From Octopus bimaculoides (taxonomy: Eukaryota): a stretch of 64,000 nucleotides of DNA. Location of the stretch: contig NC_068991.1 of the NCBI RefSeq assembly GCF_001194135.2, positions 60,552,233 to 60,616,232 of the forward strand, read 5' to 3'. Every line of letters starts with the position of its first letter. The first letter of the stretch is position 1. Below are positions 38,021 through 50,085 of the stretch, one piece after another. Position numbers and translations under genes: made by a program. The notes beneath the pieces were generated by a model that was not told the DNA's origin, made no database searches, and was given only the letters and a program-made list of their open reading frames with translations.

Positions 38021-38096
38021 TTTTTGCCAACATTGCTTTCAAAGCTCCAGATGTTGTTACTAGAATGTCCATATTATTATTCAACACCAACTTTTC
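38021..38096 (-). CDS. DDX28: DDX28 coding exon 7 (motif Ib)
   Basis: EKLVLNNNMDILVTTSGALKAMLAK; phase 0-1. Confidence 0.9.
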
Positions 38097-39148
38097 CTAA
38101 TATTAGATACAGAGAAAGAAATAACAATAATAATAATAATAAAAATATTGAGACAAATACATAACAAAAACACCAGGACTAAGAAGTATATGTAACATAC
38201 TAGGCACCGGACACATCCTACATAAAACACTTTCAATACAGTGAAAATAAGAGCATCACAACAAACCACACCCAAGGCACACAGAGCTGCGCTCGGTAGT
38301 GCAGTGAAAGTATGTGACAAAAATAAGACTACTGAATCATCATCATCATCGTTTAACGTCTGCTTTCCATGCTAGCATGGGTTGGACGATTTGACTGAGG
38401 ACTGGCAAACCAGATGGCTGCACCAGGCTCCAATCTGATCTGGCAGAGTTTCTACAGCTGGATGCCCTTCCTAACGCCAACCACTCCGAGAGTGTAGTGG
38501 GTGCTTTTACGTGCCAGTCTGGCGGTACTGGCAACGGCCACGCTCAAAATGGTATTTTTTACGTGCCACATGCACAGGAGTCAGTCCAGCGGCACTGGCA
38601 ACGGCCTCGCTTGAATGGTTTGTTCATGTGCTACCGGCACAAGTGCCAGTAAGGCGACGCTGGTAACGATCATGCTAAAATTGTGCTTTTTACGAGCCAC
38701 TGGCACGGAAGCCAGACAGCTGCTCTGGCAGTGATCCCACTCGGATGGTGCTCAATAATAATAATAGTTTTAAATCTTGTCACAAGGGCAGTCATTTTGT
38801 GGGAGAGGATGAGTCAATTCCATCAACCCCAGTGTTCAACTGGTACTTGTTTTATCAACTCACAATGGATGAAAGGTAAAATTGACCTGAGCAGAATTTG
38901 AACTCAGCACAGAGCAATGAGCAAAATACTGTTAAGCATTTCGTCCAGCGTGCTAACAATTCTGCCAGCTTGCTGTCATAATAATAATAATAATAATAAT
39001 AGTTTCAAATCTTAGCACAAGCCAGCACATTGAGAGGAAGGAGGTAAGTCAATCACATTGACTCCAAAATGATGAAAAGTGGAGTCTACTTCACTTTCCA
39101 TCCTTTCAGAGTCACACACAAAAAAAAAAATAATGATAATAATAATAA

Positions 39149-39650
39149 CAAGAGCACTCAGTGGGCGCAAGCCTTCGTGAAGGCAGCAACACCAACGTCC
39201 TCTCAACGATTAGCCAGAGATGATTTTTAAAATGAGAATAGCTGAAATAAACTCGATTGCTCTCACAAACGAGAATACTAAAAATGAACCTGACTGTTTT
39301 AAAAAATTAAGTAAAAATAAACGGAAAAATAATCCAGAATCCTTGTTTGGTACCTGATCGATCCCAATGGTAGTCATGGATAGTGAAGGTGGTTGTAAAA
39401 AATTTAGTAACAGTAATAAATAGTTTATCCTTATCTAATACAAGCCAAAGTTAAAAAATTCACCATTCAAAAGAGTTACAGCCTAAAGGGAGATAATTGA
39501 GAAAGACTTGAAAGTTAACGTAAGATCGAAATCATATAAAGTAAATATAACAAATAATCCAGAATCATTGTCTGGTACCAGATCGATCCCAAAATCTAAT
39601 CAGTTCGTGCCAGTCATGAGGTCAAACATCCCTGGAATTGAAACCACAAT
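39149..39650. mobile_element. Unclassified non-autonomous element with internal ~40-bp duplication
   Basis: Starts ACAAGAGCACTCAG. AATAATCCAGAATC...GGTACC.GATCGATCCCAA occurs twice (~39328-39367, ~39553-39590). CpG-retaining. A Helentron-associated origin is only a guess. Confidence 0.4.
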
Positions 39651-39845
39651 CTTACAATTATGAGTGCAAAATTTTAACCACTAGATGATGCAGCTTTACT
39701 GGTGGAATTTATGACTTACAGAAATAGACTGGAGTTAAAGATCAAGACAAATAGAAGGTAAAGTGTGTGTGTGGGGGGGGGGAGTATGATTGAGTTAAGG
39801 AGATAATGAGATGAATTAGGTCTTTTTAAGGACAAAAAATCTTAC

Positions 39846-39917
39846 CATTGATCCAACTTTTCCAAGAATTAACTGAGGCTCTAAAGGCATAATTTTTGTC
39901 AGGTCCTTTATAACAGA
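39846..39917 (-). CDS. DDX28: DDX28 coding exon 6
   Basis: SVIKDLTKIMPLEPQLILGKVGSM; strong AG/GT, phase 0-0. Confidence 0.88.
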
Positions 39918-41445
39918 CTAGAATTAAAAATAAAAAAGTGAATAGAATGACAATCAAAAGTTTGTGTGAAGATACTGAAGTTACATAAGGCTATTGTAGA
40001 AAATTATCATTAGAAATAAACTCCTAATGTAAGTTGATTACATTGGCTCCAGTACTCAACTGGTACTAATTTTATCAACCCAAAAAGGATGAAAGGCAAA
40101 GTCGACTTTGGTGGTATTTGAATTCAGAATGTTAAGATGGACAAAATACTGCTAAGCATGTTGCCTGGTGTGCTAATAATTCTGCCAGCTCACCACCATT
40201 TATATGTATTTTAATGGACATTAAACGATGATGATGATATTGGTAACAGGGACATCTGTCCAAGCATGGAAAAGTAGATGTTAAAAACGATAGTTATCTA
40301 TACATATAGATGTATATATGTACACACATGCACATACAGGGTCATGGTTGTGTGGTCATTAAGTTCATTTCTCAATCATGTAGTTTGAGGCTCAGTCCTA
40401 CTCTGTGGGTGGCACCTTGAACAAGTATCTTTTACCACAGCTCCAGACTAACAAAAAGTCTCATGAATGAATTTGAGGAAAACAATTAAAAGAAGCAGAC
40501 AGATGAAGAAAGATTATAATTTACAGGAGTATCTAATCTCATCTTTAAAGAAGGAAGATTTTTCACAATATTTGCATCGGGATTTTGTTTCAATCTCTAA
40601 TCATATAGCTGTCTTATAACTGGATGTAACAGCTTACTTGTTTGAACAAAGTATCATTATTTCTAATTTGAGCTTAACGATGTTCATATCTATTAGATGA
40701 CTGATACATGTGCACAATCACTGTCATCATCACTGGTTTAACGCCTACTTTTCCTTGCTCGCATGGGTTAGAGGAAATGTTTTAAAGATTTTCTATGTTT
40801 GGCTGCCTTTCTTGTCACCAATCTTCACCTGTTTTCAAGGAAGGTTTTAATTCTCCATGACCAGACATGATTTTAGTGGAGATTGAAAATGAAAGACATT
40901 GTTTACATGATGGTGACACATGTTTACAACCATCATGTAAAATCAGGGCAAGGAAACACAAACACACATGCGAGCACGTGCACACATGACGAGCTTCTTT
41001 CAGTTCCATGTAACAAATCCACTAGCAAGGGTCTGGCTACAGTAGAAAACATCTGCTCAAGGCACCATGCAGTGGGACTGAACCTGGAACCATGTGGTTA
41101 GGAAGCAGACTTCTTACTACACAGTCACACTTGATAGATATTGGTTTCAAATCTTAGCACAAGGCCAGCAATTTCAGGGGAGGGGGTAAGTCAATTACAT
41201 TGACCCCAATGTTCAACTGGTATTTATTTTATTAACATTGAAAGGATGAAAGACAAAGTCGACCTTGGCAGAATTTGAACTCACAACATAAAGATAGATG
41301 AAATGCTGCTAAGCATTTTGCCCAGCATGCTAACAATTCTGCCAGCTCTCTGCCTTAAACTTGACAGACATTGAAAAGTCTTATATTTAAAGATGAGGCT
41401 AATAAACCTTTAGACAAATGAATTTCCAGACATTGCTGCACTTAC

Positions 41446-41588
41446 CATAATCTGGATGGCAAGCTCTCGAGATGGAACTATGATTATAGACTTTGGAGAA
41501 TTCTTATGTTTGGAGTTAGTCACTACATCATTATACTGCTTAATTAACTGGAAAATTGGTAACAAGTATGCCAGGGTTTTACCACTTC
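41446..41588 (-). CDS. DDX28: DDX28 coding exon 5 (motifs I and Ia)
   Basis: GSGKTLAYLLP...IIVPSRELAIQIM; phase 1-0. Confidence 0.95.
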
Positions 41589-41654
41589 CTGTAGAATAGA
41601 AATATCACAAAAATATCAGAGTTGGATGTCAGTAAGATGTTTTAGTAATGTAAA

Positions 41655-41869
41655 CAAGGGGTGCTGAAAATTTTCTGGTTTTGGGTAGAAGAAAATACAG
41701 GAGGATCACTTAATTATGATTTTATTCAACATATTCCCCTCTCAGATTCACACATTTATTGCAGCAATCTTCAGTTTTTCTAAGTCCTGTAAAAAAACTC
41801 AGAAGGTTGGGCCTCCAACCAGGCCTTTTGCAATACCCTTAAAGTCAGGCACTTTTTAGCACCCGCTTG
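41655..41869. mobile_element. Mariner-type MITE (degenerate)
   Basis: Termini CAAGGGGTGCTGAAAA / TTTTAGCACCCGCTTG; TA TSD not preserved. Confidence 0.5.
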
Positions 41870-42350
41870 CAGAAGAACTTTATTGAAGCACTGTAGAGAT
41901 TAATGCCCAGGAGTTGTAGATGATGAAGTGTGTTATTTGCAGTGAAAGCATCTAAAGGCAACAAGTTGTATATATGGTTGAGGAAGGGGCCAGGGAGCTT
42001 CAAATCAAGTGATCATACAGACATCTGTCCCCCCCCCTTTTTTTTGAAGGAGAGAAGAGGTGGAATTGGAAAGAATAGCTTGAATGGTTGGAGATTACAA
42101 CACAGAAGTTATAGACGATTATGTGCTTTATTGGAAGATTGCAGAAGTGTAAGGTAAGAGAGAGGAATTTGATCAGCATGTACATGTGTGCCCAAGAAGA
42201 GTGTTGTGGCATTGATAAAGCTCCATTTTGATTACTGCAATCAAGCAGGTTGATTGACTGTGTTGATAACTTCTTTTAGAATTGCATTTAGTTCATTTGA
42301 TGAAATAGAGATTTAATATAGATTCAATGAACATAAGATGTAATCCTTAC

Positions 42351-42408
42351 CAGTTTCAGCTGCACAGATGACATTGCTGCCTTGTAAAATTTCTGGAATT
42401 GCTTGAAT
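42351..42408 (-). CDS. DDX28: DDX28 coding exon 4
   Basis: IQAIPEILQGSNVICAAETG; phase 0-1. Confidence 0.95.
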
Positions 42409-43246
42409 CTGTAAAATATAACATATTCAATTATGTTCCTTTTCAATTGAACAGTTTACAATATATGAGTTTCATTCTTACTTTTACATTGTGTTACATA
42501 ATAAACTGGCTCCCACCTTGTGTTTTCACCACACTCTCATCATGAGTGACATTCTAGAAATTCAACTAGAAATTTCAGTAAAGTTATCTCATAAACCAGT
42601 TTGTGCGGAAGCCTGTCTTATATGTACATAAATGTGTGTGTGTGTGTGCACGCGCGCGTCTTTGTCCCCCAATTGCTTGACAATTGATGTTGGTTTGTTT
42701 AAGGGGACTGATAAAACAAGTACCAATCTTAAAAAAAAGTATTGGGGTCAATTTCTTTGACTAAACCCTTCAGGGTGATGCCCCAGCATGGCCACAGTCC
42801 AATGACTGAAACAAACAAAAGATAAAATATATCATTATAAAAGCATAGCTATAGTTGTGTGTATATGGGATTCATAAGATAACTGTGTGGTTTTAGGTTC
42901 TATCCACTGTGTGGCACCTAGGAAAAGTGTCTTCTATTGTAACTTGAGACCGGCCAATATTTTGAAAACTGTAAGGAAGCCTACTCTATGTGTGTATGCA
43001 TGAATGCTGATACTCCACATCTTTGCATAACAACATCTGAGCAAAACAGTGATGTCATATTTACATTAAATAATATGTCTTGTAGCTTTGTGCTTTGAAA
43101 ATCCATTACTTCAAAAACAGGTGAGGTTAGGTGACAGGAAGGGCATCCAACCATAAAATACTGCTTTAAATAAGTCTTTATCCAACTCATGCCAACATGA
43201 AAAACAGATGTAAAGTGAATGAATGAACAAAGAAATATTGGGATAC

Positions 43247-43354
43247 CTGCACGTCTGTTGGAGTGCTTAATCCTGCTTCAGAAAGGTAATCCCTTAGACT
43301 ACTCATTAAATTCAGATCTTCAAATGATTTTGGTTTTTTAACAACTGCTGGATT
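43247..43354 (-). CDS. DDX28: DDX28 coding exon 3 (Q motif)
   Basis: NPAVVKKPKSFEDLNLMSSLRDYLSEAGLSTPTDVQ; phase 0-0. Confidence 0.93.
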
Positions 43355-44309
43355 CTGCAAAATAAATGAATAACTAAATAAATACATATTTCAAACTTGT
43401 GACAATAAAAATTTTTTTAATTTTTTTTTTAATTATTAATTAAAAGTTGGATGAAAACAAAATTAGCTACTGAGTCTTTGGACAGAATAATCTCCCTTAC
43501 TAACTTCTTTGCAGAAAATCTATACTATTTAGAAAGCTTTCTTTCCTGATGAAACTTGTAACCATATATGTTGATTATCTTGCTTCGACCATTGTCCTCC
43601 TACTATATTTGTTTTAGCAGCAGCAACAATAGTCTTCAACACCTCCTCTTCTTCCTATTTTCTCTCTTCCTCAGAAATTGCAACTCACTAACTATAAAGA
43701 AAGGTAACATTAACTCTTGTTTTTCTGTTGAAATATGCTACTTTTGCTTCAATTAATTTTGAAAATAATGAAGGAGTGGCTGTGTGGTAAGTAGCTTGCT
43801 TACCAACCACATGGTTCTGGGTTCAGTCCCACTGCGTGGCACCTTGGGCAAGTGTCTTCTACTATAGCCTCGGGCCGACCAAAGCCTTGTTAGACGGAAA
43901 CTGAAAGAAGCCCATCGTATATAAGTGTATGTATATATATATATATATGTGTATTTGTGTCTGTGTTTGTCCCTCCAACATCGCTTGACAACCGATGGTT
44001 GTGTGTTTACATCTCCGTAACTTAGCGGTTCGGCAAAAGAGACTGATAGAATAAGTCCAAGGCTTACAAAGAATAAGTCCTGGGGTTGATTTGCTCGACT
44101 AAAGGCGGTGCTCCAGCATGGCCGCAGTCAAATGACTGAAACAAGTAAAAGAGAATCGAATAAAATAACTTTGTCTTATTAAGCTGTCATTTGGAATACA
44201 AATTAAGAGATTTCAATGGAAGGTTTTACTTTAAATAACTTTAAAGCAGGGTTTTTCAAGCATTTATCTCAATGTTTCAAGTAAATTACAGTACAATTTT
44301 TATACTTAC

Positions 44310-44579
44310 TGAATTCCAGTCCATCAAAGTAAAATGGTCTCCCACTGATTTGCGATGCTTCCAGCCATAAGATGCTAACGTTTTAGGATTGAAATCATTG
44401 TATGTTTGACCCTTGTGGTGATTGAACTTTTCTCGGTGACACGATATCACCAGAGGAGATTTAAACTTCAAGGGTTTTCTAATCCTTTTTGTCCTGTCAT
44501 TTCTTATGTTCTGTTTATTTAAGTTCAAAACCATTTTCTGAGGAATTGTTATTCGAGGAATAAATTTATTGGCTGTGGA
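44310..44579 (-). CDS. DDX28: DDX28 coding exon 2
   Basis: STANKFIPRITIPQKM...LASYGWKHRKSVGDHF matches the DDX28 signature LASQGWKSRRARRDHF; phase 0-0. Confidence 0.92.
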
Positions 44580-46148
44580 CTAAGACAAAAGAATACAAAA
44601 ATAAATACAGAAAAATACAGAAAACAACAAGATTCTAATATGACTGTTGCATAATGTAACTCTTTTCTGCTATAAGCACAAGGCCTGAAATTTTGTGAGA
44701 GAGGGCTAATCAATTACATTGACCCCCAAGACACAACTGGTACTTGATTTATCAACCCCAAAAGGATGAAAAGCAAAGTTAATTTTGGCAGAATTTTCAC
44801 TCAGAATGTAAAAGATGGGTGAAATATTGTTAAGCATTGTCTGGTGCTCTAACAATTCTGCCAGCTTGTTATGTTACTGTCATCGTCATCATCATCATCA
44901 TCACCTTCACCATCATCATCATCATCATCAACATCCGCATTCCATGCTAGCATGGGTTGGATGATTTGACTGAGGACTGGTGAACCAGATGGCTGCACCA
45001 GGCTCCAATCTGATCTGGCAAATGTAAATAATATTTAAGATAAGTTGAAGTGGTGGCTGTGTGGTACCAACAAAATGGTTCCGGGTTCATTCCCACTGCG
45101 TGGCACCTTGGGCAAGTGTCTTCTACTATAGCCTCAGGCCAACCAAAGCCTTGTGAGTGGATTTGGTAGACAGAAACTGAAAGAAGCCCATCATATATAT
45201 GCATATATATATATGTATGTGTTTGTCCTGCCAACATCGCTTGACAACCAAAGCTGGTGCGTTTACGTACCCGTAACTTAGCGGTTTGGCAAAACAGACC
45301 GATAGAATAAGTACTAGGCTTACAAAGAATAAGTCCTGGGGTCAATTTGCTCAACTCAAGGCGGTGCTCCAGCATGGCCGCAGTCAAACGACTGAAACAA
45401 GTAAAAAAGTAAAGAGTAAACAAACAGCACAGAATTGAAGTGAGAAAGTGGAGGGGTGTTGGGTAAGTGTTTAATGAAGGGTAGTAGATAGGTTTTTAAT
45501 AACTTTAAACACACAAAAGAGTGAATACCGAATAGATACTTACCTGGATAGAGAACAGAATGGATACTGTCACACTATAACTAAGGTAGATGTAAAACAA
45601 AGAAGAGGATTTGGGAAGGTCATGGTTGTTGGCAGTGAAACTCATTTACAACTGTCACGTGATGTCAAGAAAAGGAGACACACACACACATATATATGTG
45701 AAGGTGCATGGCCTAGTGGTTAGGGTGTTGCACTGACAATCAAAAAGATAATGGTTTCAGTTCCTGGACTGGGTGGTGTGTAGCATTCTTGAGCAGAACA
45801 CTTCATCTCACATTGTTCTGCAATCACTTCAACACCTGACGTGCGGCACATCATGCACCTGTTCAGGCAGGGTCGATTTGATGGAGGGAAGGAGCTAGTG
45901 TACGGCACACACATTTGATCACTATAAACAAATCATTTGTGTAGGTCATTCAGCAAAAAGCTGAACATTCATACATACATTTACCTTGAATTGGAAGTTC
46001 AATCGTATTCAGAGTGGTTGGCGTTAGGAAGGGCATCCAGCTATAGAAACTCTACCAAATCAGATTGGAGCCTGGTGTAGCCATCCGGTTTCACCAGTCC
46101 TCAGTCAAATCGTCCAACCCAAGCTAGCATGGAAAGCGGACGTTAAAC

Positions 46149-46187
<39 letters not shown>

Positions 46188-46765
46188 ATGGTAGGGGGGC
46201 TCCGGAAGGGGTCTCAGGGAATAGCGTCCCTGCCTTCCTGAGCTAATTTTCCATCACATTTCTTAAAAATTGTGGTAAAAGTCTAAGTCTCAGGACCACT
46301 CATGTCTAGAAACTGAGGTTCGGTGTAAGCAAGGGCATGCTCCCTGTAGAAAATCCAGCTCCTAGAAAGCCGCATGGTAGCAAGGGAGAATAAGCACCAG
46401 CCAGCCCAAAGGTTGGGATGGGCTGCCTACCTCAGTTGCTATGGCATTGAGGCAGATCTGGCTACCCCCATTAACAGGGACAAAACCTGGATTTAAAACA
46501 TTGCATGATGATGATGATGATGATGATGATGATGCTATACAATGGGTTGTTTTCAGTTTCCATTCACCCAATCCACTCACAAGGCACTGGCAGACCTGGG
46601 GCTGTAGTAGGGGACACTTTCCCAAGGTGCCATGCGATTAGATTGAACCCAGAATCATATGGTTGCAAAGCAAACTTTTTTAACCACACAGCCACATCTG
46701 TATCTATATGCAGACTCTTTTAACTTAAAATATACATATTCATTTTACTAACTTTGTATCAAGTA

Positions 46766-47368
46766 TGAGGGTGGGCCGAAAAGCTCATAGGCTGACTAGG
46801 AAGGAGTGATGCTAGAGCTGTGAAATCTTGCATGCATTAATTTCAACTCTTCTTATTGATAACTGCATTGATTCTTTCCAGCTAAATTGACATCTGACTG
46901 TTCAAAGACTTCAAAAATAACTAGTAGTAACTTCTCTTGAAAATCAACAAAATTTGGCATTGCACTGTAGTTAAGTACCTGTCACTACATTAGGGGATGA
47001 TGCTCCAGCTTTATCAACAGTGCAAAAGCAAGCAATTGAATTTAGTAGGGGAAGAGAGAGTTTTGAAGATGACTCAAGGTCTAGAGGTCCTGCAACACCA
47101 GGGTAATCACTGATTGTGTTCCCCACATGGTGATGGATGACAGGCGACTGATTATAAATCAAACAGCCAACGTTATAAGCATATCCCATGAAAGAGTTGA
47201 GAATGTTCTGCACAATGAACTTGGCATGACAAAGGTTTCTGCTTGATGAGTGCCATGTCTTCTGAAACCTGGTCAAAAGTGCACCAGGTTGATCACATCA
47301 TGGGAAATCTGACATTGTTCAAGGCAGATCCAGCTGGTTTCCTCAAATGTTTCCTAAGTCAGGATGAA
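46766..47368 (+). mobile_element. Decayed mariner transposon (5' half)
   Basis: TA|TGAGGGTGGGCCGAAAAG end. Translates GDDAPALSTVQKQAIEFSRGRESFEDDSRSRGP, LHNELGMTKVSA**VP (WVP motif) and FLKCFLSQDE. Confidence 0.85.
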
Positions 47369-47410
47369 TCAATAATAGATTGGATAATCATTTAATCTTT
47401 AGATACTCAC

Positions 47411-47482
47411 CATATACCGAACAGTCAAGGCTATCAGTAAACTCTCCTGTTGCAGTCCCCTCCAAACACAAGTCAAATTCAT
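47411..47482 (-). CDS. DDX28: DDX28 coding exon 1 (mitochondrial presequence); full CDS 14 exons, 1650 nt, 549 aa
   Basis: Strong acceptor tttttctcccttcag (exon starts 47500), donor ATG|gtgagt. MNLTCVWRGLQQESLLIALTVRYM joins in frame to STANK, giving a presequence-like RYM/ST junction. Confidence 0.8.
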
Positions 47483-48749
47483 TGTTTTTGATTATTAGGT
47501 CTGAAGGGAGAAAAAGAAAAAATGAGAATTTTCAAGGAAATAAAATTCAGTTGCTAACATCGTTATTGCAAATCAACCAAGATAACATAGTATGTAACTA
47601 ATGTGGGAGCTTCTACAGAGTCACTAGTCCTGCTAGAAATAACAACCACAGTTACTTCAAAACACACTCTACCATCTGAGGAAAGGACACATTAGATAAT
47701 GTATTCCTATATACCTCTAAAACGACGAGATGGTCATCATGGAGTGTTAAGACACAATGTCACTGAAGAGAGTTACAAAGAGAAGAGCATATTGTTATGT
47801 ACATGTACTCCCCAAAGTTATGAACATAACTCAAGTAAAATGGCTGTAACCAAGAAACGAAAACTATTCACCGATTTGGCTCGGCAGTGATTTGTCTCCA
47901 CGATTGTTGATAATTTACATATTGATAATCAATGTCCACAGTAATTACTAGCCATTACATTAGTTCTTTATGCTATCTGGAAGATTACAGATTTATTCAG
48001 AAAAGCTTCCACACTTGTATTTTGAAGTAGATTGTTAATATTTACAGATGGTATACACAAAACAAGTCATTATCCAATTCATTGATGGATTTTTGAATAG
48101 GAAAATGAAAATAAAAACGATCTGGTTTATTAATTGAATTTGACAGAACTGGTACTAATAAAAAAAATCCACTAAAATCAATTTTATACATAAAAGTCAC
48201 CTACATAAACACGCATGAACTTTAACATCTACAAAGTTATGAAATAATAGAAAAAAAGTTTATAACACGTGGATAAACAGAAAAAAGAAAAAAACCTCGG
48301 AATTACGATCGCATTTAGAGAGAAAATCAACCTCGTTTGAGCAAACATTAAACTATCAGGTCGATTTCTTTTAAGAAGTTTTCGGATGAACAATTATCCT
48401 AATACATCTAAAGAAAAACTAAGTTTTTATTTCTTGGTCACACTGATAACTTCTGAGAAGGTGAAACTTTTCTCTAGGACGAATGTAACATCGGAGAAGT
48501 AGCAAGGGGAGGGGGGAATTAATTCAAGTTAACTAGTGCTGTTTACATTGGTAAAAACAAAAATACATATAAAATACAAATTTACAGCTCTCCATCAGTT
48601 CTCATTTCTCCAAAGAAGGAATCCTTATTCAAATACCTCAAAACCTACTTCTATTTACGTTATGCAAAAACTTATTTTATGAAATTTAAGATTCCAATTG
48701 TTGATCACATTCAATGAAATAAACTTAACTTTTATTTTTCCAAACATAC

Positions 48750-49157
48750 CTATAATTATTAGCTGTATAAAAAATTCCAACAGTGACGTTTTCTTTAAAT
48801 ATACGTTATGACATCAATTAAAGTGTCCGCACAGAACATAGCAAGCACTTGCTGAAAAATCTCGTGTTTCCGTCAATCCTTGGACGCTAAAAACAATATT
48901 CCCCTCATTTTTTATTTCCCCTCTTCTTGTCCCATTTCTTTTTCGTTTTATGACTTTCGTCCAGTCTTGACATTATTTAGGTCAAAAATCGGAATTCATT
49001 GAAGATTTTTTTACAACAACATAAAACTGAGTCGTATATATTTTCTGTAAATTAGTAAATATGTTTTTACCATTTTGGAAATACTGTTGCTACAGGACGG
49101 ATTTATTGTTTACACCGGTGTTTAGTTAATTGTCAAAAGTGTTTAGAGTTGGGAAGC
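48750..49157. promoter_or_regulatory. Putative bidirectional promoter DDX28/BABAM2 including DDX28 non-coding exon 1
   Basis: Minus-strand donor ATAG|gtatgt at 48749 with no in-frame ATG in any frame; BABAM2 ATG ~400 bp away on plus; CpG-retaining region. Confidence 0.55.
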
Positions 49158-49279
49158 ATGGATCCTGAAATTTGGAACCGACTATCTCCAACGATAGTTC
49201 ATTATGTGGAGACATTGGTTAGGCATGGTCAGGTTGGGATCGGCGCTGGAAATATTTATATCAAAGATGTTTTATCAAG
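49158..49279 (+). CDS. BABAM2: BABAM2 (BRE/BRCC45) coding exon 1
   Basis: MDPEIWNRLSPTIVHYVETLVRHGQVGIGAGNIYIKDVLS vs human [28 protein letters not shown]; phase 2. Confidence 0.92.
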
Positions 49280-49874
49280 GTATTCTTTTCTTCTAATACT
49301 TTCTTGTAATAATTTCCACTGTTGTTATCTTCTCATCGTAAAACCCTTACTATTGATTTAGATAACTAAACAAAACGTATATAAACTATATATAGTTTTT
49401 GAATTTTACGAGTTTTAAACACAAAAAAATCTTTTATGGACATTTTTACTGTATTTGACTGTAAATTGCGTAGTGTGTTTTTCATTTGTTAATTTATGAG
49501 GCGAAGAAATATACACTTAGTTCTTTTTAGGTCTTCTAAGACGAAAACATAAACATGGGTATTTTAATACTACTTCAAATTATCAAAGGATTACTTGCGG
49601 AAGCTTTTCGTTGCAGTTTCAAATGACGAAGTAGATAGCTTTACCTACTAAGTATAAGAAGCCGGAGCTTCGAAACTATCAAGAAACAGGACTTGTTAAT
49701 AATAACTAAGTTAAGTAGAGTTCATGGATCCAAGATACGAAACTTGGTAGATATATTGAAATAGATTCATTGATAAGGAAATTTTATACATGGGGTCTTT
49801 TAAGACTATTTAAAGTTTATCTTGTTCAAGTAATAAACCTTATGATAAATTTTAATATCATGCACTTTAATAAT

Positions 49875-50085
49875 AATAATCCTTTCTAAAATAGGTTCAA
49901 GGCCTAACATTTTGGGGGAGGGGAATAGTCGATTACTTCGATCCCAGTGTTTCACTGGTACTTAATTTATCAATATCGCAAGGACGAAAGGCAAAGTCGA
50001 CCTCGGCGGAATTTGAACTCAGAACATGAAGAGGGACGAAATGTTGCTAAGCATTTTGACCGGCGTGCTAACGATTCTGCCAATA
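49875..50085 (-). mobile_element. tRNA-derived SINE family B (many copies, e.g. 7145-7360+, 15215-15425+, 17000-17195-, 41145-41355-, 61140-61590+ twice, 62400-62632+)
   Basis: Head GGCAGAATCGTTAGCACGCCGG...CTGAGTTCAAATTCCGCCGAGGTCGACTTTGCCTTTC, shared across copies. Confidence 0.8.

Noticed and set aside
38040-38065. DDX28 motif Ib reads TTSG instead of TPG
   Set aside because: This motif appears variable among DDX28 orthologues as far as I recall and all other motifs are intact; not evidence of inactivation without an alignment.
48190-48230. Alternative DDX28 start micro-exon MLKFMRVYV
   Set aside because: Needs a non-first acceptor; the exon at 47411-47500 has stronger splice sites and the correct phase.
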